Shown: in pieces, positions 11,001-23,103 of the stretch | Numbering within the stretch: position 1 is the first letter of the stretch | How the letters are laid out: every line of letters starts with the position of its first letter | Assembly: GCF_022539665.2 (NCBI RefSeq) | Contig: NC_081332.1 | Coordinates: forward strand, 4,898,001-4,962,000 | Source: Daphnia carinata | Lineage: Eukaryota | Direction of reading: 5' to 3' | DNA: 64,000 nucleotides | Position numbers and translations under genes: made by a program | Notes under the pieces: generated by a model | Seen by the model: only the letters and a program-made list of their open reading frames with translations | Databases searched by the model: none | What the model was told of the DNA's origin: nothing

Positions 11001-14000
11001 AACGTTCTTTGTGTGTTGTTTGGATTTTTTTTTCCCTATCAGCTGATTCTTTCCACTTCCATCCCCCCAACTGGATTGTATACAGTTTTCCAAAATGTTA
11101 TGTACAATTTGATGCTTGTGCAATCATTTCTTTTCTAAAATTCATTTAAGAAAACAAAACAAAAAAGGATTACGAAAAAGAAAGAGAACTTGAAACCAAA
11201 CTTTCTCTCCCAAAGTCTTCAAAATGTTAAAACTGTGATCAGAGTTTTCGCTGTTGTTCTTCGAATTCGACAACCAACACGAAACCAAATACTGATCGTC
11301 TTCGACAACAACTCACGAATATAGTGTTCGGAAGGTGTTAGTTACTAAACGTTTAGAACGAAACAAAAGGGAATAACAAGTTTCAGGTAGCGGCCATCTT
11401 GTTTCCCCTGCGATCCAATCAAAATGGATCGTTTCCTCGCACTTGTCAATTGATCGAAGATGCTTGTTTTCTCGTCTCATTTGTGAACTTTCTCGTCGTT
11501 TCCTCTTTTCTTAATGATGAATTAACAACGCTGAAAAGAAAATCCCTTTTTTTTCTAGATCCAATTTCCCTCTTTAATTTTTGCCAGTCACAATTTACGG
11601 CTGTGTACTTTTTTTCACAACTTTCGTTTTCGTCACCACAGAGCACCGTTTTTATTGCAATATTTTCTTGCGGTTAAATTGACCGGTTAAAGCATTTTCG
11701 CACGACGGAATCAAATTGTTTTTTCATTTTTTTTTTCAACGGGTGAAGCACTCGACATCTGCTTATTTTCTTGTCGAGGGTGGTGGGGGATGGTAGATTT
11801 TTATCCAGCACACAAAGAATATGGTGAATGTTTTTGGCCGTCAGAGGGCCCTTTAAAACGCTTCACAGCTGTTTTTTACTCGCCTTTGTCTCTGTGTCAC
11901 CTTCTTTTTCCCGATTCGAATGTAGGGTGCGGATTATATAGACGTTTTTGTGTGTTTATCACACAGAGAACAAGTTATCGGATATGGAAACTCGCAATGA
12001 CCCGAAAACCAGATATACCAGTTGAGAGAAATTTCCGATGCCACATCAAAAAACACATTTTTTTGTTTGTTTTGCTCGGCAAAACAGTTTTTGTTTCAAT
12101 GATATTTGATCGACCGAAAGTAGGTTTTGATGGTATACTCATCTTGTTTTCCACTTAAAAAAAAAATAAGGGAGGCAGATTAGATTACTTTTACATGGTA
12201 GTTGCAGTTCTAAAGACATTAGAAAGAAAGGAAACTGGAAACCGGTAGAGCTAAAAATTTGTAATGACTTTCGCCTTTTTTTTTTTCGGACGAAAAACAA
12301 AAACAAAAAAAAATCTAACGTTCACGAATTTTTTTTTTTGTGGGAAAAAACGTGTGTGCGTTTTCCGTAGTGGTTGATTATTCATTCACCACAACGCTGG
12401 ACGACTCGTAATTTTCTTGTTCTGGGCACCACAGACGCGAGTCATCGGAACTGACGTCAGCGCCGTGCGACGTCGTCGTCACGGCGTTTTAGGTGTGTGC
12501 GCGCGCACTTTTTGTTGTACGTCCGTTAGATATTGTTATCAATCAACTTGGGGGAATAGGCCACTCCCCTCATCGGATGCTGAATGCAAAAATAAGCAAC
12601 TCCAGGCTCCGCGTCCTCTGTACTGATGAGGTCCTCTCACCAATTTTGGGTATCAAAATGGCGTTTTTTTTAAAGCGCGTAGTAGAGATACTGCTTAGAG
12701 ATTCTCAGCTGGTCCGAGGACAAATGAAGGTGACTGTTTTACATCTTTCTCGTGTTTTGCCTCAAACTTTTTTTTTTTTCTTCGTAGCAGGAGAGAGACC
12801 CAAAAATAAAATGTTTTGGGAACTACGGCGACGAAGCGAAAGAGAAGAAAAACGAAAAGATGATGATGATAATAATAATCATTCTTCTTTCTTTCTTTTT
12901 TTTTTTGTACGCTCTCCCTGGGTTCTTTCCTCCGCTGCCAAATGCGGTCCTCCTTTATCCTATGGCGTGTGTTTTTGTTTTGGTCTGATACTTGCTACGG
13001 CCTCCTCTATTGGTTGAAAAACGAAGCGAGGTCCGACGGGCGGAGCTTGTGACGTCACAGGCGTGGGCTGGGGGGCGCCGAACAAAGAACTCAACTGCGC
13101 AGGTTTCCCCCATCCCTCTTCCCCTCCCCTTCCTCTGGCTCGTTCTGATATATACTGCAGAGTGCAGGGCTTGAAAGCGTCTCAGTTGCCGACGAACTTC
13201 CATCTCGCCGTCGTCGTACGAAAAGTTCTCTTCACGTAACTTGTTCGTACTAACGCGCACACACATACAAAGGATTTTCTCATCCTAGTTTTTCTTGTTC
13301 CTCAACTTCGGGTCGGAATCACACAAAAAAGAAACGTTTTTTTCTTTCGTGGATTTGCGCATTTTGTTTGTTTGTTCTCTCGTCGAACGTACGGTTTCGC
13401 AGCAGTTTTACTTCGTTGAGAAACGGTAATTTTTCTTTTTTCCTTTGTTGGTTCGTCCCCTCGACAGCAGCCATTTTGAGTCTGTTTCGTCTTGGAAAAA
13501 GGGACGAACTACGGAAATTAATAATTCGCTTGAAAACTCATTTTCTTTTTATTGAACACAATTTTTGATTCGATACCATTTCTTTTCTTTTTTTTTTCTC
13601 CTCGTTTCTCGTGCACGTTCGAAACTGCGCAGCGAGAGAACCAAGGCAGCTTTCTCTCGCACGCCGCCATCTTGTCGAGCTCAGCCGCCATCTTGATCAC
13701 GTCTACCAACCCCATTGTTGAGTATCTCGTCCCCCCAACATATTTTCCACTCTTTTCGATTGTACCGCTTCCATCTCTCTCGTTTGGATGCCCAACATCT
13801 CGACCAAGACGAAGAAGCAAAGTATCCCATTTTCGCAAATTTGCTGACATCTTCAATTCGAAAAAAAGAAAAAGAGAATGCGCGTCGAAGTGACATCAGC
13901 AGCCAATTTTCTCGTGAGACTTCTTCGTTTCAACAAAGAATCGGCCGTCGTGTCGGACCAACAGCTGGAGGTCTTCCGAGCTGCCCTCATCGAAACTCTG

Positions 14001-17000
14001 CGGATACGCTACCAGGAGCACTGGTTTCCCGAGAAGCCATGCAAAGGTAGCGGCTATCGGTGCATCCGCATCAACGGCAAAATGGACCCCGTCCTAGCCC
14101 AGGCTGGCGGTCTGGTGGGTTTGCCTGGTCAGTTCCTGCACACTCTCTTCCCCTCTGAATTGACGATGTGGATCGATCCGCGTGAAGTGTCGTACCGCAT
14201 CGGAGAGAACGGTTCCATCTGCGTTCTCTACGACGAACGGGAAGTGGAGGAAACGATGAGGCAGGAGAGGAATAGCAGCAACAACAAACAGGGCTCATCG
14301 GCTTCATCGACTCCCAATTCTTCGAATTCACCGTCACCATCGCTGGGTGGGTCGTCCGACTCATCTTCGTCCATGGATTTGAGTAGTGGCGATCCATCGG
14401 CCGGATGCCGAGAATCTGTTCGATCAGAAATGGAATTTATGATGGATGCCCGCAATATCCTGGCCTTTGAGCATTTGGCTTCCTACGTTTCTAGTTAAGC
14501 TGGCCCGGATTTGTTACACCCCCAATCATCCATTCGCCGACAACCGACCTTTCGAAAAAATGGGATTCGTCCCATCCATCCACATCAAACCCAGCTGAAA
14601 AGAATTCTTTCGGACCTTGCTGCTGTTCTTTATAATAATTTTTTGTTTCATTATACATGCGAGATTTGATTCTACACAATCGGGGGGAAAGAAAAAGAAG
14701 ACCGGAAAAAAGGGGGACAGACAATTACAGAAAAGGAAGACAAGCCACCCAATGTTGCATGACAATTTTTTTTTGATTTTGTTTTCCGTTTTTACACCCG
14801 CATCAAGTTTTCCTTCCTTTTTACCATCACATGGAAAAAAAGAGAAGATTTTTTTATCAACAAAACGGGGAGGGAAATGAGTTTTCCCACCACCTGCTAC
14901 TGTGCCGCTCGCGAAAGAGGATGGAGGAGCGGAGTGTGTTAAACCCGTACTGTGATCTCAACAAAGCCATTGCCAACCGTGCACCCCCCCACCACGACCC
15001 GATTTGGAAGAGATGAGCTGAAACAAAACAAGACAATTGAAGAGTCCCAAAAATTTTTGAACTACTGAATCCTCCTCGTCACACAACAAAAACGTCGATA
15101 TATTATATACTCTTTATGTATATCTCTCTCTAGAAGCGTCTCCCAATTTTTTTAAATAGAAAACAAACAAACCCTCCCCCATCTTATGTATGTAAATGCG
15201 TGTGTATAATCTTATGTCATAATTGTCTAACCCACCACCCTCCACACCAAATTCCCCCTCCCTTCCCTTTTTAAAGCGAAAAACTAATTTTTTGCCGTAA
15301 TCCGTCAGTTGTTTTTTGAAAGTCGATAAAACACAAGTCTCCCAATCCAACGTTGAAAATAGTTTTTTTTTTAAATTAAAAGAAAGCTCTCAGCTGAATT
15401 ATCGTATTTATAGTCCCACTTTTTTTTTTACGTATTGGTGTTGCAAGATGGACAGATGGCAGCTTTACAATCACTCACTTAATTTCGGGGGTCCATCCTA
15501 CCCAACCATCCTTTTTTTTTTTTAAATAATGTACACAAAAAATAAAGATTTCAATCCATTGATGAAAAAATTCAAATTTCCGGGGACCAAAAAGTGAAAA
15601 ACAAATTTTTTTGAAAAAAAGAAAGACATGCAAGTGATGAAGACCCCCTACAATTTCATTCCAACCTGACCTGCCTACCCCTTCGACAGCTACTCCGGCC
15701 TTTCAAATTTTTTATAAACTGACGAGTACAAATTTAAAGAAGAAAAATTGATTTTTTTAGAAAAGAAACAAACAAACAAAAAAAAATGTTTTTTTTTTTG
15801 CTTGAAACGTTTTTTACTTGAAATGGCCGGATTGCCTTGGCGAGGTGGTGGAAGGTCCGGCTTCGGGATATTTATCTCAGGATATCGCTGGATTGACTTA
15901 ACCTCCCTTTATACCCTCCCATTTCTCATCTTCTTATTCGAGCCTCCAACCCGCCCCCTCGCAATCTTGAAATTATGTGATCCCGATGATATTCAGTGAG
16001 TGCAATATCTTCCTTCGTCCCATCATCTTTCTCCTCAAATTTTGGCGACAATTGTAAAGCTGCGCTTTTATCAAGCCCCTCACTTTTTTCGTGTACTTAC
16101 GGAGAGGATCGTACAAAATCCCGTTCAACCCCCCCCTCGTCTTTTGAAAGGAAAGCGAATTTTTCTTCCGAAGACGGATGCGATAATTGAGCTCAGATTT
16201 TTATTTGAAAAGAGACAAATTTATAGAAATATTTTTAACGCCCGTAAAAAAAAAAACAACCTACACCCCTCCCAAAAATCACAATCCGGTTTTGATTTTA
16301 TGTGTGAAAAATGTCCGCTGGCTGATGTAATTCCCCCACCCTCCTTTTTTCCCCCTCTATTTTAGAGCGTGAGTGCGTGAGTGTGTGTGTATAGATAATT
16401 ATGGCGGGGGGTCTGTTTGTTTTCCTGGGGATACGAAGCAAGAGAAAGAAAAAGCCTAAAAAGATGTTTCAATATTTTTGGCACGTTTCGTGTGCGAAAA
16501 CCACCAAAAGGATAGGACGGGACTACAAGAAAATTTCAATTTGGGTCTCGCTACGGGTCTGAAAAAAAAGAAAGAAAGGGAATTCGGTTTTTCTTCCATC
16601 TCTCTTCGAATGTAAAAAAAAAAATTTTTTTTTTGCGTGATTATCTATGGGTGCGTGATGTTTGCGAGCTACTTTGAATTGATTGGTTGGAAAAAAAAGA
16701 GAGAAACAAAAAATATGTCCCAACGCCATTTATTTTTTGCCTTGCCGTTTCGTGTACAAAAGAAAAGCGACAATTCTCCCGCAATGGCTTTCATGGGAAA
16801 TTTTGTTTTTTTCGATTTAGAGATTTAAAAAAACATTATTTGATTGAAGTACGCCAAAACCCAGTCAGTTTGAAGCAAAGGAAAAAAGAATTTCCTTTTT
16901 TTTTTTTTAATTCAGCAACGGGGAAAGAAAAACGAAGAAAAGCTAATTTTCTTTATGTGCCCTCCATCTCTCTCCAGTGCGCCATTTCTCCTCCTCGCCC

Positions 17001-20000
17001 CACCCTAATCGTGAACCTTTTAACTTTCTTCGAATTTTTTTTTTGTTGTGGAAAAAATTAAGTTCGGCCTGTGATGTTTTTAATTCTCTCCCCGCGAACG
17101 CCTCCTCCCCCCCCCACTTCCCCTCACACAAACAAAAAAAAAGATGAAATGGGAAAAAAACTATCTCGTATGTGATTGAGACAAAAATCGGTATTGAAAC
17201 TCTCCTCGTCTCTCGGCACTTGATTTTGTTTGATCGACAAGTCTCTTTTTTTTTCTATCTCTCTTTTTAATTTTTCTTCTATTTTAATTTTTCACTTTTG
17301 ATGTAGTGTTATTTCCTATTTTTTAAAAAAAGAATTAGAATATCCTCCGCCGTTTGGTTTGCGTGCAATTTTGAGAGAAGACGGGAATAGAAGAAGAGAA
17401 AAATTGTGATTCGATTCGTGTCAATTTTTGAAGAGTTTTTTTTTTTTTTTTTTTTTCGTTTTTCTTTCGAAATTGTCTACACACGAACTCTCTCACGGTG
17501 TGTGGTGCATGCTTTTATTTTTTCGTTTCACTTCTTTTGAATATGATTATTCGTATACATTTTTAATTACTATTTGGCAGTCTCCCCCCCCCTCCCAATT
17601 TCTCTTTTCACTTTCTTCAAGTCTTTTTTTTTTTTTTTAAATATAATTCAGTGTCCATGTAAACTACTTCGAAACGAAGGAGACAAAAAGAAATGAGAAC
17701 CCAAACGAATGGGAAACTATGAATTTTGAGGTCTTTCATTTTGTTTTTTTGTCTTCTCTCTCTGCAACAAATATGTGCGCTCTTACGTGTATGTGTGTGT
17801 ACAGAGGTATTTTTGTTCGCCGTCAAGAAAGGAAAAAACAAAAAAATGTACACCCTTTTTATTATAATGGAAGCAAAAAAAAAAGAGACTTGTTTTTGTA
17901 TAGTAATAATAAAAACCTTCATCGCATCGCAAAAAGAAATGACAATTCTCTCGCTATTTATTTCTTATCAATTATCGGTTCGACAATAAAACAAAAAGTT
18001 TATGAAGTTGGGGGTTCAAACTGAAAACGAAGACACATTTCGTTAAAAAAACTGACCTTGTTCCCGAAATGAATTCGGTTCTGCGCGCATGCGCCGTTTT
18101 TTTTAGTGTGTGTTGTCGTCCAAGTCGGGCCCTGACCCGCTTCATCGTGAATTTTATGTTCCTTTTTTTTTATTATTAGAGAATGAGATTTTTGTGTATG
18201 TGTGAGTTGGCGCTTGTTGCTGGGGGGACACACTTTCGAATTCGTGAGTTCGGCGTCCGATCGTTCACCGAAAAGGAGAAAGAACGAAAAGGCATTTTTT
18301 AAGTAATGAACTGACAACGGCCCTGTTCTTATTAATTTTTTACTCAGTTGGATATTTTCTTTTTTTGCTTTTCAATGGGTCGTTACCTTTAAGGAGCTCG
18401 CGATCGGTGCATCGCAGCGTGTAATAATAATACACCAACCTAATGAAACGGGTTCTCATTTTTTTTTTTTTTATTGACATCGAAAAGAAACGGGCCCCAT
18501 TTCTATTTGAATCGTGTCAAATGAAATTGAAGTAAAAATAAAGTTGTGCCATCTAGTGAGCGGTTCGAATCTAATCAGGGGGGAGAGTTTTGCCCTCACG
18601 AAGATGCTGATGTTAAGTATTTCTTTTTTTTCTAAAAAAAAAAAAAAAAGACGAAGAGAAATGGAGACTCAGCTTTTCTCTTGTGAACAGAGGTGAAAGA
18701 TGATAACAAACAGAAGAAAAAGAGAAAGACGTGCGGTAGAGGCCGAGAGTGCAATGCACGTTAAGTAGGTGAAGAACCCAAGAGAGAGAGAGACTGTTGT
18801 GTGTGCAATGTTTGCTACGGACAACGCCCCTGTTGTAAAGTGACTTTTGGTCGACACTCGACTCGCAATAAAGTTCGAAACCCGCATATTATTGGCTTTT
18901 TTTTTTTTACACAATGAGATATTAAAGCATTTTTTTTTTGTGTTTCTAATTCGTTTGTAATCAGAGAGGCCGGCGAGACACACGGGGGCACAATAAGTGG
19001 CCCACATGCAACCGTGTTGTTAAAGCTTCTCGTTTAAACTACAACGAGTTTCTTGACATCATTGTAGTCGGATCGATTGGTGACTCATTTTTCCTTCCTT
19101 TTGACGAATGGCACGTACAAAGTGAATGTAGTCGATGATAATATACCAAGAGGTTTTTTAAAAAATGTTTTCCGGTGAAAGTCGACGATTTTTTGTATTA
19201 AAAGAAAAATCCCTAATTTATTTCCTTTTTTCAATGAATAAATTTCAGCCGCTCTCTCTTTATTTGTTACCATTCTTTTTGTATATTTTTTCTTTCTGGT
19301 TATTGAATTTCAATTCTCCTTTCTTATCTTTGTGTCTGACAATTTTTTTTTCTGTTCTTTTTTTTTCTCTTGTGTCTAGCAACAGCAGACGAGTGTGACG
19401 GCGATTGGGGCAACTGTCTTCGTTGAAGCGACGACTAACGACACCGGCAACCAAACAACCCGTTCGTGCCACTGTCCCCAATGGACATTGCGACGTCCGC
19501 GTCACTGGGTCTACCGTGGAGAGGGCAATGCTTCCAGTAAATATAGAATTATTTTTAAAACATACATTTTCAATTGTAAATGAAAAGACATTTCAACAAA
19601 TGATTTTTTTGTCGTGATAGAAATAGCAGAAAATGTGGGATCCTCTTTTCTTATTGCCAAATCCCAAACATACATAGTTGTTAAGCTTCTTAAATCTTAA
19701 GTTCTTAATCGGCTTACCACATTAATGTTCTTTTTATTTCCGTCTTCACAAAAAATGAATTATCCCCGTCCACTCCAGTCGTATTGGCTTTACCTCAGGT
19801 ACAGTTTTATTCTACTCATTAACATTGTCCGCACGTTAGTTACTAAGAACAAATGACGACCATGTTTTAAATCTCAAGTGACCTTATAAATCTTTTATTT
19901 GTTCTTTTCTGGTCGGGGGCGATTTTAGGAAAAGAAGATTGTCAAGCTGGCCAAAATCGATAACAAACTAAGGCGAATGGATTCTGACAATCAGTTTGTT

Positions 20001-22210
20001 GCCGAAGAGGTCAATGGGGGCATCCGAACCATCGCCGAAACGGTTAGATTAAAAGTAGCTTTAAAGTTGATTTGTTCTCATTATTGTCATGGTTTGAGTT
20101 TGGCCATTGTTTTGTTGTTGTTTTTCTTCCCTTTTTTTTTTTTTAGTTGGAACGGCTCATCTTTAGTCAAAAGATATTGGGTTCGTTGCTAGGCGCCGGA
20201 TTAGTCCGTCCGTGTCATGTTTTTCACGTAGATTTAGACGAGATTGAAGAGGTGGATCACCTCATTGATGTCTTCCGTCCAGGTTGATTTGAATTCATTT
20301 CTTCCTTACCCCACCACTTTCTAAAATTCAAATGTCTCTAACTGCGTGTCTTTGAAAGCTCATCGTAAACACAAACGATTAGCGCCAGTGTGCCACGTGA
20401 TTGTTTGCCCGGATTGCACACTTTTACCTCGTCCGCCTCTTCTCACGCAATCAGCAGAACAGTCCGTTACGGTTTCACCGGCGAGTCCTTGCAAGACAAC
20501 AGCACAACAGCGGAGAGCCGGTCTTTTGCGTTGAACTGAAACCGAAGCAAGGGTTCCTTAGCCAGGGTCATCAACATTGCCCTTTTTGCCTCAACCAATT
20601 CCTCAAGGTATATTAGTTCTTTTCTTCTGCCTTGGCACTAGATACCGTTTTCTCTGCCGCACCAAATACGGTACTTTTTTTTTTTCTTTTTTGGGTTATG
20701 ACTTTGGTCGTCTTGTGTCGTGCTGACGCCATCAAGCCACACAAGAGGCCAACACATACACATAGTTGAATAATAACAATGGCAGAGAGAACGTTGCCAT
20801 TGTTTTGTTTTACTTCTTATGTTTGGGGATTTCTCTCGATTGTAAAAATTTTATTTTTTAATTTGCGATGCTGATCGTATTTTTAGCGAAAACACGGGAA
20901 GATTCAATTGCTGAGCCAGTATTGCCCACTTGATTTATTTTCTGGGTAAATTATTTATTTTATTGTATACATTTGTGCTGTCCGTTTTTATGATTGTGTT
21001 TCGGTACATTTTGATTGGCAGATCCCGTATGAGAATGCTTAAGGCTATTATAGCTCTTACCCGAACGCCCCAAAATAACCTGCGGATTTTTCAGGTAAAA
21101 ACAAAACAAAACAAGAAAAACATCTTTTTTCGTTTTTACAATTCTGGTGAAATGGAGTAATTTATTCCGTTACTATCAGGATGGGAATCTAGTGTTTGCC
21201 GAAGAGTGCCAAACCAACCTACTGCCCGTTTTGCAGCAGTGGTTCCAATTGGACGATGCAAACGATCGAACACTGTCAGTCCCCCCCTTTTTTTCATTAT
21301 CATTTCTTCTAAAAAATAACAAAAGAATAACGATTTCCAATTTTCCTAATGAAGGCTTTTGAAACATTTTTGCACTTTGGTGATGGATGCGTTGACGATG
21401 GAAATCTGTGATGACGTAGACCCAAGTCTTGATCAAACCATTGATGATTTTAAAGAGGCAAAAGAATCGCAAGAAGATTGGAATCGTTTGATCAAAGAAG
21501 AAAGAATCGATCACTTTTTACCGTGTTTGCCACCGCAGGCGAGAATTGAACAAAATGGGCCGGCAATAGCAACAAGTTTACCGTCACGGTCCGTCCTTTG
21601 CCGATTGCTACGAGTCCAATCGCTGGGCGACGTGAACTTTGGACGGCTTTACGACGCCTACGACACTCTTGCATGCCGTTTCCGTGACGGCTCCGTGCCC
21701 TACGACACGATGCGCTGGACGCATCCGCACACGGGCACGGTCGACTGGCTCCTCAGCCAAGAGAAAACCACCAACAAGACGATGGACGATGTCCGTCTTG
21801 TTCAACGCTACCGTATCTCGTCAACAACTCGTGATTGTTCCATCATGATCGCCTTTCAGGCCAACGATTCAGTCAAGTAATGACCTCGTCTCGCACGAAA
21901 CACGCACGCATGCGCACAAATTAAAGCTTAAAGATGTTGAATCGTGCCCCATTGATAATGTGTTTTTTTTCAATTTGCATACAGAGATGCAACGGAGTCT
22001 TCATTTGCTAGTTCGGAACATTTGCCAGTGTTGCGTGACCTTTCAGGTCATCGGTACAAATGTCACGCATCGGTCGTCGACTTGGATCCGAAACCAGTGA
22101 CTTGCGTGGAGAAACACCGCCGGCGAAATCAAGCCATGAATGAGGCCTTTTGGCTCAGCAACAGCGGCTCTTCCCTCTCCCCTACGAATCGATTAGCGCC
22201 GAAAGTTTAA
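8072..22210 (+). CDS. IPPK: Inositol-pentakisphosphate 2-kinase. Putative exon 1 at 8072-8149; remaining exons ~19380-22210
   Basis: IPK1-family motifs across spliced exons: WVYRGEGNAS (~19506), VELKPKQG (~20530), YCPLDLFSG (~20920), PQNNLRIF, RDCSIMI and VVDLDPKP. Linking exon 1 (MPADLV...GNS|GTAAGT, phase 0) is inference. Confidence 0.88.
13009..13187 (+). promoter_or_regulatory. Core and proximal promoter of the BTG gene
   Basis: Inverted CCAAT 13009-13013, GC box GGGCGG 13038-13043, CRE TGACGTCA 13050-13057, TATATA 13149-13154 and Inr TCAGTT 13182-13187, in canonical order and spacing. Confidence 0.7.
13878..14498 (+). CDS. BTG: BTG/Tob family antiproliferative protein (BTG1/2-like), intronless CDS
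   Basis: Box A YQEHWFPEKPCKGSGYRCIRIN; box B FPSELTMWIDPREVSYRIGE; Ser-rich tail; candidate poly(A) signal AATAAA at 15541. Confidence 0.95.
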   Translation: MRVEVTSAANFLVRLLRFNKESAVVSDQQLEVFRAALIETLRIRYQEHWFPEKPCKGSGYRCIRINGKMDPVLAQAGGLVGLPGQFLHTLFPSELTMWIDPREVSYRIGENGSICVLYDEREVEETMRQERNSSNNKQGSSASSTPNSSNSPSPSLGGSSDSSSSMDLSSGDPSAGCRESVRSEMEFMMDARNILAFEHLASYVSS

Positions 22211-23103
22211 AACGTGTTCCTTTCCAAAATAATTAATTAATCAACTCTTCGTATTGTTTGAAACACACACACACCTACCTAGTCAACTAGTCGGCCATTT
22301 TTCTCTTCCCCTATTTGCCATGGGTGTTCTTTTTCGTGACTTGTAGCTCGTGACAGTGATTCCAAATTTAAGCGTCAGCAGTTCCCGAAGGCCTTTAAAC
22401 TCTCTTTCCTAAAAAGAAAAACGAGACGTTTCGTCTTCTCGTTTTTCACATCCTCTTTGATTAGGCATCCCGATCAATTTCAACATTGAATTATTAAGCG
22501 ATTTTTGCGTGTTTCCTTTCACGGGCAGTTACCTACCGTTTATTGTATTTTTTTTTTTGTTCCAATTGTGAGTTCTCAACACATTTTTTTTTTGTTACTT
22601 TTGAATTTTGTTGGTGAATGTTTGCGGTTCATTGTCCCTACCTTTTTTTCCCTTGTATCAAACATTTAAGAGGGAAAAAAATTATCCAAAAAAAAGGCCC
22701 AATTGGTGCTTGTTTCTATGCCCGAAAGGATCCTTTGAGAGTTTTTCTTTTCTATAGGCAATGCTACCAAAAGTTCCGACAGATGGCCGCTACTAAACGA
22801 AAACGGGAGCTGCCGTGAGCTGTGAACGGTTCTTTTTTGTTTCTTGTAGTTCTTTAAAAAAAAAATGTTATTTGATCTTTTTATTGTATATTCATTCGTC
22901 CGTTTCCAGGTAAATAAAAAAAGGAACCCTGCGTCATCAGTAAGAGACAACAGGAGAAGGCAAAGTTATCTTTGGAATTGGCCCATGACCATGGCCGGCT
23001 CCCCGAGTCTCTACAACACAATCCCGGTGAAGGGTGAGTTGGTCTATTATTAACAACGCATACAATACAAGTCCTTCGTGACTTTTAAAGACTATTTGTA
23101 GCA

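Noticed and set aside
8294..19330. Many short Phe/Lys-rich ORFs, including 12493-13017
   Set aside because: Translations of poly-T/poly-A non-coding DNA; no domains or splice logic. BTG is the exception.
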